Of a stretch of 64,000 nucleotides of DNA, positions 45,033 through 55,859 are shown in pieces (within the stretch, counting starts at the first letter, position 1; each line of letters opens with the position of its first letter). The DNA comes from Rebecca billardiae RCC1528 (lineage: Eukaryota; Protista; Haptophyta): positions 1,984,001-2,048,000 of the forward strand of contig OZ251223.1 in assembly GCA_965240325.2 (NCBI GenBank). The letters are read 5' to 3'. The position numbers and the translations under genes are program-made. Below the pieces are notes generated by a model. The model was not told where the DNA came from, did not search any database, and saw nothing but the letters and a program-made list of their open reading frames with translations.

Positions 45033-48000
45033 ATGGACGAACATCAACGGGCCGAGGAGCAGCTGCTCCGGCGCAGGTCGGAGCGTGGCGACGCACGCTC
45101 CACCTTCCTCTTAGCCGAGCGCCTCGACCGTGGTGACAGTTTTGCCCGGGACGAAGCCTTCCGCCTGCACCGCAGGCTCGCTGACGACCACGGCCTCGCC
45201 GACGCCCAGAACCGGCTTGGCGAGATCTGTGCGTCAGGTACGCACGGGCAGGCGAAAGATGCAGTGGAGGCAGCCCGCTGGTACCGGCTTGCGGCCGACC
45301 AGGGCAACGCAGTCGCGCAGTGCAACCTGGGCCAGTGTTATCAGCACGGCGAAGGTGTGCCGCAGGACATGGCTGAGGCCGTACGCTTGTACCGGCGTGC
45401 GGCCGAGCAGGGCGACGCAGGCGCGCAGTGCAACCTGGGCTGGTGCTGTGAGCGCGGCGAGGGGGTGCCGCAGGACATGGCCGAAGCTGTACGCTGGCAC
45501 CGGCTGGCGGCCGAGCAGGGCAACGCATATGCGCAGTGCAACCTGGGCTGGTGCTATCAGCACGGCGAAGGTGTGCCGCAGGACATGGCTGAGGCCGTAC
45601 GCTTGTACCGGCGTGCGGCCGAGCAGGGCGACGCAGTCGCGCAGTGCAACCTGGGCCAGTGCTATCAGCACGGCGAAGGTGTGCCGCAGGACATGGCTGA
45701 GGCCGTACGCTGGCACCGGCTGGCGGCCGAGCAGGGCAACGCATATGCGCAGTGCAACCTGGGCTGGTGCTGTGAGCGCGGCGAGGGGGTGCCGCAGGAC
45801 ATGGCCGAAGCTGTACGCTGGCACCGGCTCGCGGCCGAGCAGGGCAACGCAGACGCGCAGAGCAACCTGGGCTGGTGCTGTGAGCGCGGCGAGGGGGTGC
45901 CGCAGGACATGGCCGAAGCTGTACGCTGGTACCGGCTGGCGGCCGAGCAGGGCAACGCAGACGCGCAGTACAACCTGGGCCAGTGCTATCAGCACGGCGA
46001 GGGTATGCCACAGGACATGGCCGAGGCTGTACGCTGGTACCGGCTCGCGGCCGAGCAGGGCAACGCAGACGCGCAGTGCAACCTGGGCCAGTGTTATCAG
46101 CTCGGCGAAGGTGTGCCGCAGGACATGGCTGAGGCCGTACGCTTGTACCGGCGTGCGGCCGAGCAGGGCGACGCAGGCGCGCAGTGCAACCTGGGCCAGT
46201 GTTATCAGCACGGCGAAGGTGTGCCGCAGGACATGGCTGAGGCCGTACGCTTGTACCGGCGTGCGGCCGAGCAGGGCGACGCAGGCGCGCAGTGCAACCT
46301 GGGCTTGTGCCATCAGCACGGCGAAGGTGTGCCGCAGGACATGGCTGAGGCCGTACGCTGGCACCGGCTGGCGGCCGAGCAGGGCAACGCATATGCGCAG
46401 TGCAACCTGGGCTGGTGCTGTGAGCGCGGCGAGGGGGTGCCGCAGGACATGGCCGAGGCTGTGCGCTGGTACCGGCTCGCGGCCGAGCAGGGCGACGCAG
46501 GCGCGCAGTGCAACCTGGGCCAGTGTTATCAGCACGGCGAAGGTGTGCCGCAGGACATGGCTGAGGCCGTACGCTTGTACCGGCGTGCGGCCGAGCAGGG
46601 CGACGCAAGCGCGCAGTGCAACCTGGGCTTGTGCCATCAGCACGGCGAAGGTGTGCCGCAGGACATGGCTGAGGCCGTACGCTGGTACCGGCTGGCGGCC
46701 GAGCAGGGCGACGCATATGCGCAGTGCAACCTGGGCTGGTGCTATCAGCACGGCGAGGGTATGCCACAGGACATGGCCGAGGCTGTACGCTGGTACCGGC
46801 TCGCGGCCGACCAGGGCCACGCAGTCGCGCAGTGCAACCTGGGCCAGTGCTATCAGCACGGCGAAGGTGTGCCGCAGGACATGGCCGAGGCTGTGCGCTG
46901 GTACCGGCTTGCGGCCGACCAGGGCGACGCAGTCGCGCAGTGCAACCTGGGCCAGTGTTATCAGCACGGCGAAGGTGTGCCGCAGGACATGGCTGAGGCC
47001 GTACGCTTGTACCGGCGTGCGGCCGAGCAGGGCGACGCAGGCGCGCAGTGCAAGCTGGGCTGGTGCTGTGAGCACGGCGAAGGTGTGCCGCAGGACATGG
47101 CTGAAGCCGTACGCTGGCACCGGCTGGCGGCCGAGCAGGGCAACGCATATGCGCAGTGCAACCTGGGCTGGTGCTGTGAGCGCGGCGAGGGGGTGCCGCA
47201 GGACATGGCCGAAGCTGTACGCTGGTACCGGCTGGCGGCCGAGCAGGGCAACGCAGACGCGCAGTACAACCTGGGCCAGTGCTATCAGCACGGCGAGGGT
47301 ATGCCACAGGACATGGCCGAGGCTGTACGCTGGTACCGGCTCGCGGCCGACCAGGGCCACGCAGTCGCGCAGTGCAACCTTGGCGGGCGCTATCAGCACG
47401 GCGAGGGTGTGCCGCAGGACATGGCAGACGCTGTACGCTGGTACCGGCTCGCGGCCGACCAGGGCAACGCAGTCGCGCAGTGCAACCTGGGCCAGTGCTA
47501 TCAGCACGGCGAAGGTGTGCCGCAGGACATGGCCGAGGCTGTGCGCTGGTACCGGCTTGCGGCCGACCAGGGCCACGCAGGCGCGCAGTGCAACCTGGGC
47601 CAGTGCTATCAGCACAGCGAAGGTATGCCGCAGGACATGGCTGAGGCCGTACGCTTGTACCGGCTTGCGGCCGAGCAGGACAACGCAGACGCGCAGTGCC
47701 ACCTGGGCTGGTGCCATCAGCACTGCGAAGGTGTGCCGCAGGACATGGCCGAAGCTGTACGCTGGTACCGGCTTGCAGCCGAGCGAGGCCACGCATATGC
47801 GCAGTGCAAGCTGGGCCATTGCTATAAGCACGGCAAGGGAGTGCGGCAGGATGCTGCTGAGGCAGCACTGTGGTTCCGCCTGGCAGCGGATGGGGACTCG
47901 CCCGAGGGCTGCAACGAGCTCGGGCGGCTGATGCTGGCAGGCCTAGGCGTGCACAGCAATGTGGTGGAGGGCGCACGGCTGCTGCGCCGTGCCAGCGAGC

Positions 48001-48299
48001 TCAATAGCTCATGGGACACAAGCACTGTGCTCGCCGAGTTCGCAGGAGAGCGTGAGGTGGTGTCAAAGTGCTGCATTATCTGCGCCAAGACTGGTCGTGG
48101 GCTGAAGAAGTGCAACGGGTGCCGAGTGGCAGTCTTCTGCTGCAGTGAGCACCAGCGGCACGCATGGAGGGCACACAAGCCGCACTGCGCCGAGTGGTGT
48201 GCCGACATCACGCCGTCGCCACCAGCACCCCCGGGCCTGGGACGACTACATCAAGCAGACAATATGAATGACGATGATGTCTATGATTCGGCCGGATGA
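45033..48299 (+). CDS. Sel1-like repeat protein with C-terminal MYND zinc finger
   Basis: 36-aa units AQCNLGxCYxxGxGVPQDxAEAVRWYRLAAEQG; C-terminal CIIC..LKKCNGCRVAVFCCSEHQRHAWRAHKPHC. Confidence 0.92.
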   Translation: MDEHQRAEEQLLRRRSERGDARSTFLLAERLDRGDSFARDEAFRLHRRLADDHGLADAQNRLGEICASGTHGQAKDAVEAARWYRLAADQGNAVAQCNLGQCYQHGEGVPQDMAEAVRLYRRAAEQGDAGAQCNLGWCCERGEGVPQDMAEAVRWHRLAAEQGNAYAQCNLGWCYQHGEGVPQDMAEAVRLYRRAAEQGDAVAQCNLGQCYQHGEGVPQDMAEAVRWHRLAAEQGNAYAQCNLGWCCERGEGVPQDMAEAVRWHRLAAEQGNADAQSNLGWCCERGEGVPQDMAEAVRWYRLAAEQGNADAQYNLGQCYQHGEGMPQDMAEAVRWYRLAAEQGNADAQCNLGQCYQLGEGVPQDMAEAVRLYRRAAEQGDAGAQCNLGQCYQHGEGVPQDMAEAVRLYRRAAEQGDAGAQCNLGLCHQHGEGVPQDMAEAVRWHRLAAEQGNAYAQCNLGWCCERGEGVPQDMAEAVRWYRLAAEQGDAGAQCNLGQCYQHGEGVPQDMAEAVRLYRRAAEQGDASAQCNLGLCHQHGEGVPQDMAEAVRWYRLAAEQGDAYAQCNLGWCYQHGEGMPQDMAEAVRWYRLAADQGHAVAQCNLGQCYQHGEGVPQDMAEAVRWYRLAADQGDAVAQCNLGQCYQHGEGVPQDMAEAVRLYRRAAEQGDAGAQCKLGWCCEHGEGVPQDMAEAVRWHRLAAEQGNAYAQCNLGWCCERGEGVPQDMAEAVRWYRLAAEQGNADAQYNLGQCYQHGEGMPQDMAEAVRWYRLAADQGHAVAQCNLGGRYQHGEGVPQDMADAVRWYRLAADQGNAVAQCNLGQCYQHGEGVPQDMAEAVRWYRLAADQGHAGAQCNLGQCYQHSEGMPQDMAEAVRLYRLAAEQDNADAQCHLGWCHQHCEGVPQDMAEAVRWYRLAAERGHAYAQCKLGHCYKHGKGVRQDAAEAALWFRLAADGDSPEGCNELGRLMLAGLGVHSNVVEGARLLRRASELNSSWDTSTVLAEFAGEREVVSKCCIICAKTGRGLKKCNGCRVAVFCCSEHQRHAWRAHKPHCAEWCADITPSPPAPPGLGRLHQADNMNDDDVYDSAG
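45306..47789 (+). repeat. Coding tandem array of 23 x 108-bp near-identical units
   Basis: Counted from the translation; exact 108-nt period without indels, flanked by divergent capping repeats. Confidence 0.93.
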
Positions 48300-48398
48300 T
48301 TATCGACGCGATGCTGAATGTAATTAATCACAATGATCATGATGAGTGATGGCCGGATGATATTAAGTATATCGAGATTAAAGTCGCTCATCAGATAC

Positions 48399-50990
48399 AT
48401 GATCGGCTACGCCGATCTTCGGGTAGTAAACAACGAAGTTGAGGGCGCACGGCCCTGGTAGTTGTGAGTCTAGTAGTTGTCGTGCGCGCATTCTTCACCG
48501 CCGAATCACGATGCGCGCGCCCCGGGCGCGTCGCCGTGCAGGAGGCGCGAGCGCGAGTAATCGACGCGATCGACGGCCTCGGGGGGCTGCGCCGTGTCGC
48601 GGCTCTTCATTCAGTCTTCACGCAGCCGGCGTGCCCCTCGAGCGCGCGCACGCACTCTGACTCGGCGGTGTCCCACGCCCACAGCCGCACGACCGCGTCG
48701 CTGTCGTCGCCCGCGCTCGCCGCGACGCGCCCGTCGGCCGAGAGTGCGACCGCCTCCACCCAGCCGGCGTGCGCTAGCAGCACAGCCTCGCACGGCCCGC
48801 GCGCGGCGAGCAGGGGCGCTCGCGCGCAGTGCTCGCGCCCGCGCGCCCAGCTGGCGCGGGCGGCCGGGTGCGCGGCGCGCGGCGCGCGCCGCGCCCACGC
48901 GGTCGCGGACTCGTGCGGCGCCGAGCCAACCGGCTGCTCGAGGCACAGCGCGAGGCAGCGGCCCGGCGCCGTGGCGGCGGCGGAGGCGCTCAGCCGCGCG
49001 AGCTGCAGCCAGTCCGCGACGCGCGCGCGCAGCGCCGCAGCCTCCGCGCGCGCGGCCGCGCCCGGCTCGCCGCCGCCGCCGCCGCGCGCGTCGGCGTCGG
49101 CGAGCGCCGCGGCCGTGTCTGCGAGGTCGCGCACGTACTCGGTCTCGAGGCCGTGCCGCGCGCGCGCCTCCCACCCGTCCGCGCCCGCGTCGGTGAGCTC
49201 GCGCGCCGCGTCGGCCGCGCGCCCGGCCGCGAGCAGCGCTTGCACTAGCTCCTCGCACCGGCGCACATTGAGCACGGCGGCGTCGCGGCCGGCGAAGGCC
49301 GAGGCGCGCGGCGGAGAGGAGCAGGGGCTGCGGCGCGACGCGCCGCCGCCCGTCCTCGCCGCCGGTGGCCTTCGGGTGGCGCAGCGGTTTGGCGGCCTCG
49401 CCCGCCCACGTGCCAGCCCAGAAATCTGCGAGCGCGTGCGCGTCGGCCGCGCGGGCGTACCGTGCCGCCGCCGCCTCGGCCACCTGATGAGGCGGTGGTA
49501 CCAGCGCAAACAAAGGGCCGTCGCCGCCGGCGGCGAGCAGCAAGCCGAGCGCGTCGCGCACGGCGAGCCACACGGGCAGCCGCACCACCGCCGGCACCCA
49601 GAACTCGAACACGGACGCCAGCACGTCCTCGTGCAGAGAGAGCGAGCCTCCTCCAGCTCGGCACTCGAGAGGCCGCGGCGCGACGCGCAGATGGCGCCGC
49701 ACGCGCGCCGCACGAGCATCGCGCTGTGCAGCCGCTCGACGCGCTCGAAGGTGGCGGCGACGGCGGCGCGCGCGTCGGCGGGCAGGTGCGCGGGCGGCGG
49801 CTCGCCCGAGCGCCACTCCGCCGCCGCGTCGGCGAGCAGCACGGCGTGCAGCGCGCTCGGCGCCTCTCCGAGTGCCGAGCGCACCGCCTCGGCCTGCCGC
49901 GCGTCGAGCGTGCGCCCCGCCGCGCCGAGCCGGCCTCGCACCACCGCCTCCGCGTCCGCCGCCGAGAGCCCGCCGAGCTGCAGCGCGGGCACGCCCAGCT
50001 GCGCGAGCCGCGTCGCGCACCCGTAACGGTAGCCGCCAGCGTCACCGCCAGCGTCACCGCCAGCGTCAGCGCCCGAGTCGATCTGCGCCAAAAAGGACAG
50101 AGTCAAGAAGCGTGTCGAGCGGCGCGGTGGAGACTCACCGTGGAGAGCAGCGCGGAGTAGCGCACGCGCTCGCCGCCCTCAAGCACCGCCTCGTGCTCGT
50201 GCGCCGCGAACGAGCGGCTCGCGCCGCCGTCCTCGCTGGAGCCCGACGTGACGACGCGCCTCCGCGGTCTGCGCGCGCGCAGCCGCGGCCCGCGCAAGCA
50301 CCTGGGTATTTTTCGACCACGCTTGTCCCTAAGTGCGCCTTTAGTGCGGCAGCTCAAAAAATGGCGTTTCGCTTCAAAGAATAATCGAATATACCAGCAC
50401 CCTATGGGGGTTGAAAGAGATCGTACCTGTGCAAATACAAGAATTGATTGCCGCCCGCATTGACGTCGCGCATCCGAGTAAGCTAGAGTGACCAAGAGTA
50501 TATCACTCAATATCAGCGTGGCGGGAACGCCGGTTCGGGCTACCCGCGCAATGACATCTCGCGTGTATGAATCAAGGGTAATCAAGGGGCTTAAACCCGC
50601 CACTGAGAAGCTGACGGTTCATGACTTCATATGCCGGCATAATACTTTAATTCAAGCGACATAAAAGCCGACCCAACTTCTCTTTTCTATGGTTGGCGAG
50701 CTGTTTCAGGCTCTTACAATTCAGACATCTTACTATGACGGAATGTTCGAACACACGGCTGGTGTTATGTGCTATTCCACCCTGCATTCCCCTAAGTGTT
50801 ACTATCGTTAAAATTAAGGGGCAGTACAAACGCAATCATTGGCAGCGATATCCATGCTCATACCCTAGGCCACCTACCGAAAACAACCCAAAATCCTGCG
50901 CGCATCCTCTTTTTGATTTTGCGGAGCACGTGCGCCGCCCCCCCCCGGCTTTCGCTCACGCGCAGACCTTTCGGGGGGGCCGTGCGCCAT
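48399..50990 (-). mobile_element. Non-autonomous rolling-circle-like element, family 1 copy 1 (Helitron2/Helentron-like ends)
   Basis: On the minus strand it starts AT-GGCGCACGGCCC (50990) and ends GGGCCGTGCGCC-26 nt-GATCGGC GTA GCCGATC-AT (48399). Both ends are homologous to 53681-55534. Confidence 0.75.
48607..50030 (-). pseudogene. Frameshifted fragment of a NACHT/WD40 (NWD/TEP1-like) gene inside the element
   Basis: Across frames: FERVERLHSAMLVRRACGAICASRRGLSSAELEE / EDVLASVFEFWVPAVVRLP / LADFWAGTW..RRVAPQPL / NVRRCEEL / HAGWVEAVALSADG..VRLW..CVRALEGH. No P-loop, no start, truncated WD40 region. Confidence 0.7.
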
Positions 50991-50994
50991 GACA

Positions 50995-51062
50995 CATACA
51001 TACATACATACATACATACATACATACACATACATACATACATACATACATACATACATACA
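50995..51062. repeat. (CATA)n microsatellite
   Basis: Direct reading; a short (TA)n follows at about 51116-51141. Confidence 0.95.
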
Positions 51063-51235
51063 TCATACATTCTATACGATTTGTAGTTACTCAATAATCA
51101 TCGTCGGTCAATACTTATATATATATATATATATGTATATATCAAATGCCGCGGTGGTATAGTCAGCATGATACGTTTGACTGAGTCCGGTTCAGTGTGA
51201 TGACTTGACAGACGTGTGTAGCTTATGGCTATATT

Positions 51236-53353
51236 ATGGCCCGCGGTGCAGGGCGGAGCGCGTAGCGTGGAGCCCCACCGGGGGCCCTCACTACGTTGTC
51301 AAAAAGATCTTTTGATCAAAGAAAAGGGGACGGGGGACGATTTTGAGGGTTGTTGGAGGGTGAGTTTTCGATTTTTTGAGGGGTACGGTACAATGCTGTC
51401 CATCCCAAGCTTAAAAGGCCGCGCCCAGAGTCATTCCGCGTATGTCGTTGGACGGCCGTCACATTGTCAGTAAACGAATCTGCGCCATTGTGGTAATGCC
51501 CGGGGCCGGACTCCGCCCAGCACCAGACAACAGTGATCCACTCCGGACTGGGCGGTCCGGCGATCGCTCCCCGCGATGAGTTGAGAGTCGATGACCAGTG
51601 GACCTCTCGACCCGCAGTCAAACGCCGGCGACGCGGCGCGGGCGCGCGCGCACTTGTCGCGCAAGACAGATCAGAAATCCTGATTCCTGGACGCGCACGC
51701 GAACCGGCTCGGCATGCGGAACGCGTTGATGCGCTTGGGGACGCACGACATCGGGCCGTTCTGAAACGACACCGGGCGAAACTCTACCGCGTGCACACGC
51801 GGACCGCAGGCCGCGTGACGACTGCGACACTGCGCGACGCGAAGGAGCAGGTGCTGGCGCCGCAGATGGCGGTGCGGGCGTTCTGCCCGAGCTGCAACAA
51901 CCCGCTGCTCTCGGGCCAGGTGCATCAGCGCATCCAGGACCGCCGCTGCCACGTGCTAACCAAGGTGGTGGGCAAGACACGCGACCGTGTGCGAGCAAGG
52001 CGTGCCAAGATGATCGACACGGCGAAGCAGGTGGTGATCGAGGCGCTGAGCCTGATCATGGTGAGGCGCATCTTCTCGACCTGCCCGACGCGCAGACCAC
52101 GCAGGCGTCGCTTCCGGGCGCGTGGGACTCGCGCACCAAGACGGTGTGGCGCGTGGACCCTGTCGCCAAGGCGGTCAACTCCGCCTGGCCGCTGGAGGTG
52201 GTCGCTCGCCGCGCCTGGCCAAGCTGGTGCACGAGGGGCCAGCTGATGGCGGCGGTGGTGCCACCGATGAAGCTGATCTTCGTGCAGCGCAAGGACGCGT
52301 CGGGCCCGTTCTCCCACGTGCTCAAGATCGTCTTCCGCGTCGCGACGATGAGCGTGGCGGCCCCTCACAACCTGCAGCTGCCGGCGTCGCTGCTCTGTGC
52401 GCAGCGCGCGCGCGCGCGTGCGCGCGCGACGGGCACGTGGCGCGCCGACCAGCCGTACGGCGCTGACTGTTGACGCACCTCGCGCATGCGCTACCCCGGC
52501 CGCGCCGCCGCCGCCGCCGCGCAGGCATGCTCTCGTAGGAGGAGACGGCGGAGCTGCGCGCACACATGGCCGCGCGCGGCTCTCGGTCGGACGGTCGGCG
52601 ATCACGGGCGCGCTGCCGGCCCGGCGCGCCGCTGAACGACGAGTAGGCCGCGCTGGAGGAGTACGTCCGCCGCCGCGCTCCGCCTGCGCGAGCAGCGCTC
52701 CGCCGCGCCCGACCCGCTGGCCGAGCAGCTGCGCAGCGACCGCGCCATCGCAGAGCAGCTGCAGCGCGAGGAGATGGCGGCACGCGCGGGCGGCGCGCCC
52801 GTGACGCTGCACTCGGCCGAGGTCGACGAGGACGCGCAGATGGCGCTGGCGCTGCTGCTCGTGTGCGAGGCGTGCGACCAGGACACACGCGCGCTGCGCA
52901 ACGCTGAGCGCCGGATCCGTTTTCGGCGCCGTAAGGTACGCAAGGCGCTGGCAGCGGAGCGCACCGGGGCGGCGGCGCATGCGCGCACGCGGCGCGCTCG
53001 CGGTCGATGCGCGGCAACTCCAACCGCCTCGGCAAGCGCAAGCAGCGGGACGAGGGCGGCGCCGCGGCGGCGGGTGCGATGAACAAATCGGACGAGCGCG
53101 CCAAGTCCCGACGCATCGCCAACGCCGCCAAGCTGTTCGAGGACATGGACGGCGACGAGATCGCGGCCGCGGCGCACGCGGCGGGCAAGCTGGACTGCCA
53201 ACTTGCGACGCGTCTCTCGCAGACTGCCACTGCCACTGGGCCTGGCCCATTATAAATCTTCATACGACATTGAGCAGCCGAGCAGCCGACGGAGGGTGCA
53301 CCGCGGGCCCCTAACTGCGTTGGTTCTACGGAAGGACCGCGGAACGCGGTCAT
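51236..53353 (+). mobile_element. Non-autonomous rolling-circle-like element, family 2 copy 1
   Basis: Starts AT-GGCCCGCGGTGCA; ends TGCACCGCGGGCC (53297-53309)-25 nt-GACCGCG GAA CGCGGTC (53335-53351)-AT. Ends homologous to 55860-57144. Confidence 0.75.
51660..53255 (+). pseudogene. Degenerate, frameshifted coding sequence of unknown family inside the element
   Basis: Protein-like segments in alternating frames (AFCPSCNNPLL; PMKLIFVQRK; AIAEQLQREE..DEDAQMALALLLVCEAC; LGKRKQRDE..AAKLFEDMD) without a continuous ORF. Confidence 0.45.
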
Positions 53354-53680
53354 TATTGCTGGATCTCGGGCCTAGGGCAAGAGTGAGAGAGAGAGAGACG
53401 AGACGACGAGCCTTCGCGCCCGCTTTTACATGGCCCTTATGCTGATCGAGCTAAGATTCCGGTAGTAGTAGCTACTACCTGCTACTGCAGTAGTCGTAGC
53501 TCCTATACAGACTGATGCCTTCGGACTGACTAACCCGTGGCGTCATATACAGTAGTAGTAGATATACGCGACTGCGGGCTGACCGGGCTCGCAGCAGCCT
53601 GGCCGCACACACGGCGGCAGCAGCGGCGCGCCCGCCACGACGCGCGCAGGATATATTATATTATTTATTGGCGCGGTATT

Positions 53681-55534
53681 ATGGCGCACGGCCCCCCCCC
53701 GAAAGGTCTGAGCGTGAGCGAAAGCCGGGGGGGGGGGCGGCGCACGTGCTCCGCAAAATCAAAAAGAGGATGCGCGCAGGATTTTGGGGCCGATTTTTGT
53801 AGGCTGATTCAGATGTGGCCGGACCCCTAGTGGACGCATTTCGCTGCCAATGATTGCGTTTGTAGTAGATGCTAATTTTAACGATAGTAACACTTAGAGG
53901 AATGCAGGGTGGAATAGCACATAACACCAGCCGTGTGTTCGAACATTCCGTCATAGTAAGATGCTTGAATTGTAAGAGCCTGAAACAGCTTGCCAACCAT
54001 AGAAAAGAGAGGTTCGGTCGGCTTTTATGTCGCTTGAAGTAAAGTATTGCCGGCATCTGAAGTCATGAACCGTCGCTTCTCAGTGGCGGATATCATCAGG
54101 TTATGGCGCGATGTTCTAGGGCACGCGATCCGCATCGTTTCGCACGAACCCTCGCGGGCGACGAGATATATCATTGACGCGGGTAGCCCTAAGGCGTTCC
54201 CGTTCCCGCGCGCAATTCATAACCGTATCTTTTCTGATTACTATAGTTATCTCCCGTCGATTAATACTGCTCATCACTTACAGTTGACTAAGAATAAGAG
54301 ACGCACACAGCTCAGGCAGGCGAGATTGCTACAAAAGGCGCTGCCACTGCCTTGGCCACTGGCCACGCAAACTCGACGCGGGCTCGCGAACAGCCAACAG
54401 GCGGGCACTGCACGCGATCGTTCAATCCGACAAGACTCAGCGCAGGTGCGCGCAGATCTGCGGCGGGTCCCAACGGCCGTCGGCATCGCATTCGTGCCTC
54501 GTTCACCCCGCGCGCCCCGCCCTGCCATGCCTCTTCGGCCCAGTGCGTTTTCCAACCGAGCACGTCGTCACTCGGTCGCACGAACGCGGCCGTTGTCGAC
54601 CGGCTCGTAGCTGACCATTCGCGCGCCCGCGCGCGCCACGCCGCACGCCGCGCAGCTGAGGCTCTCGGCATGTTCAGAAGTCGCTCGCCCAACCCTCACC
54701 GCTCACGCTCGCGCCGTCCATGACCATGGCCGAGCTGTGATGGCTGAGCCGCGTGCGGCGTGCTGACGGCTGCGCATGGCGGCGCGGCAAGCATTTGGCG
54801 CGCGAGCCGCGCGCTGACCGTGAGGAGGGGCTCTGGCGCTCACTCGACGGATGCCTGACCGTGCCTGACACGAGAGCCACAGGCTTAGATCTGCGAGCGG
54901 CGAGCCCGCGATGATGGCGAGTTGGCATATGCTACGGGCGACGCCGTGCTCCCCTCTCGCCCGTGCTCGCAGTAGTCCTCGCGCTCCGGGCCGTCGGCCG
55001 ACAGCACCCGCGGCGGCACCGACGCGCACAGCCATGCAGCGGCCCTCGCACCGAGTGCATCGACGCGGCGGCGAGCCTGACAGATAAAGGCGTGCAAGGA
55101 GCGGCTACTGCGGCTGCGGGAGGTCGTAGATAGACAGGCTCGAGCCGCGGCTGCTCGCGACGCTCTTCCCCGCAGCGAGCTCGTCCGACGCTGCGCCGAT
55201 CCCGCCGAGCGCGCGAGGCTGTGCGAGGCTGAGACGGGCGAGCTGCCGAGCGCGATCTCCGCGCTGCGCGCGGCCACAGACAACAGGGCTGCCCGATGCG
55301 CACCGGGCGGAGGCGCTGCGGCTGCTGCGCGTCGAGTTCGACAGGCGGCGCAGCCCCCCGAGGCCCGGGCCGTCGACCGCGTCGATTACTCGCGCCCGCG
55401 CCTCCTGCACGGCGACGCGCCGGGCGCGCGCATCGTCATTCGGTCGTGAAGAACGCGACGACTATTGCATACCAGTAGGGCCGTGCGCCCTCAACTTCGT
55501 TGTTTACTACCCGAAGATCGGCGTAGCCGATCAT
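53681..55534 (+). mobile_element. Non-autonomous rolling-circle-like element, family 1 copy 2
   Basis: Starts AT-GGCGCACGGCCC; ends GGGCCGTGCGCC (55478-55489)-26 nt-GATCGGC GTA GCCGATC (55516-55532)-AT. About the first 500 bp and last 200 bp align with copy 1; the interior is unrelated. Confidence 0.75.
54279..54328 (+). repeat. Dispersed TA-CAGT motif family, short copy
   Basis: TACAGTTGACTAAGAATAAGAGACGCACACAGCTCAGGCAGGCGAGATTG. Confidence 0.85.
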
Positions 55535-55537
55535 ATA

Positions 55538-55542
55538 TAGAT

Positions 55543-55619
<77 letters not shown>

Positions 55620-55647
55620 CAGATAGATAGATATAGCAGATAGATAG
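55538..55647. repeat. (TAGA)n microsatellite
   Basis: Direct reading. Confidence 0.95.
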
Positions 55648-55859
55648 TTGCTGATGATCACGCGACGCCGCGACGACTGCGCTAAGTATAGTTATGCATC
55701 AGTACTGCACGTCAGCACGATGCGATGGCACTACAGTAGTGTAGTCTGTACTAGCAGTCATCGTCGTCGCTCGTCATTAATAATTCGCCGGATTCGGGCC
55801 GTCCTAGCTTCATCGATCATCACCGCCGAGAATTTGACTATACTATCATCGGGGCCATC

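Noticed and set aside
45031-47976. Long repetitive ORFs in other frames of the Sel1 array; possible CRISPR-like array
   Set aside because: A stop-free 108-bp unit opens several frames. Units are contiguous coding repeats without unique spacers, and there are no cas genes.
51148-51205. tRNA-like start GCCGCGGTGGTATAGT...GGTTCA
   Set aside because: No convincing cloverleaf or acceptor-stem pairing.
48399-55534. One 7-kb element or inversion bounded by nested inverted repeats
   Set aside because: Better explained as two oppositely oriented copies of family 1, each with its own 5' and 3' end.
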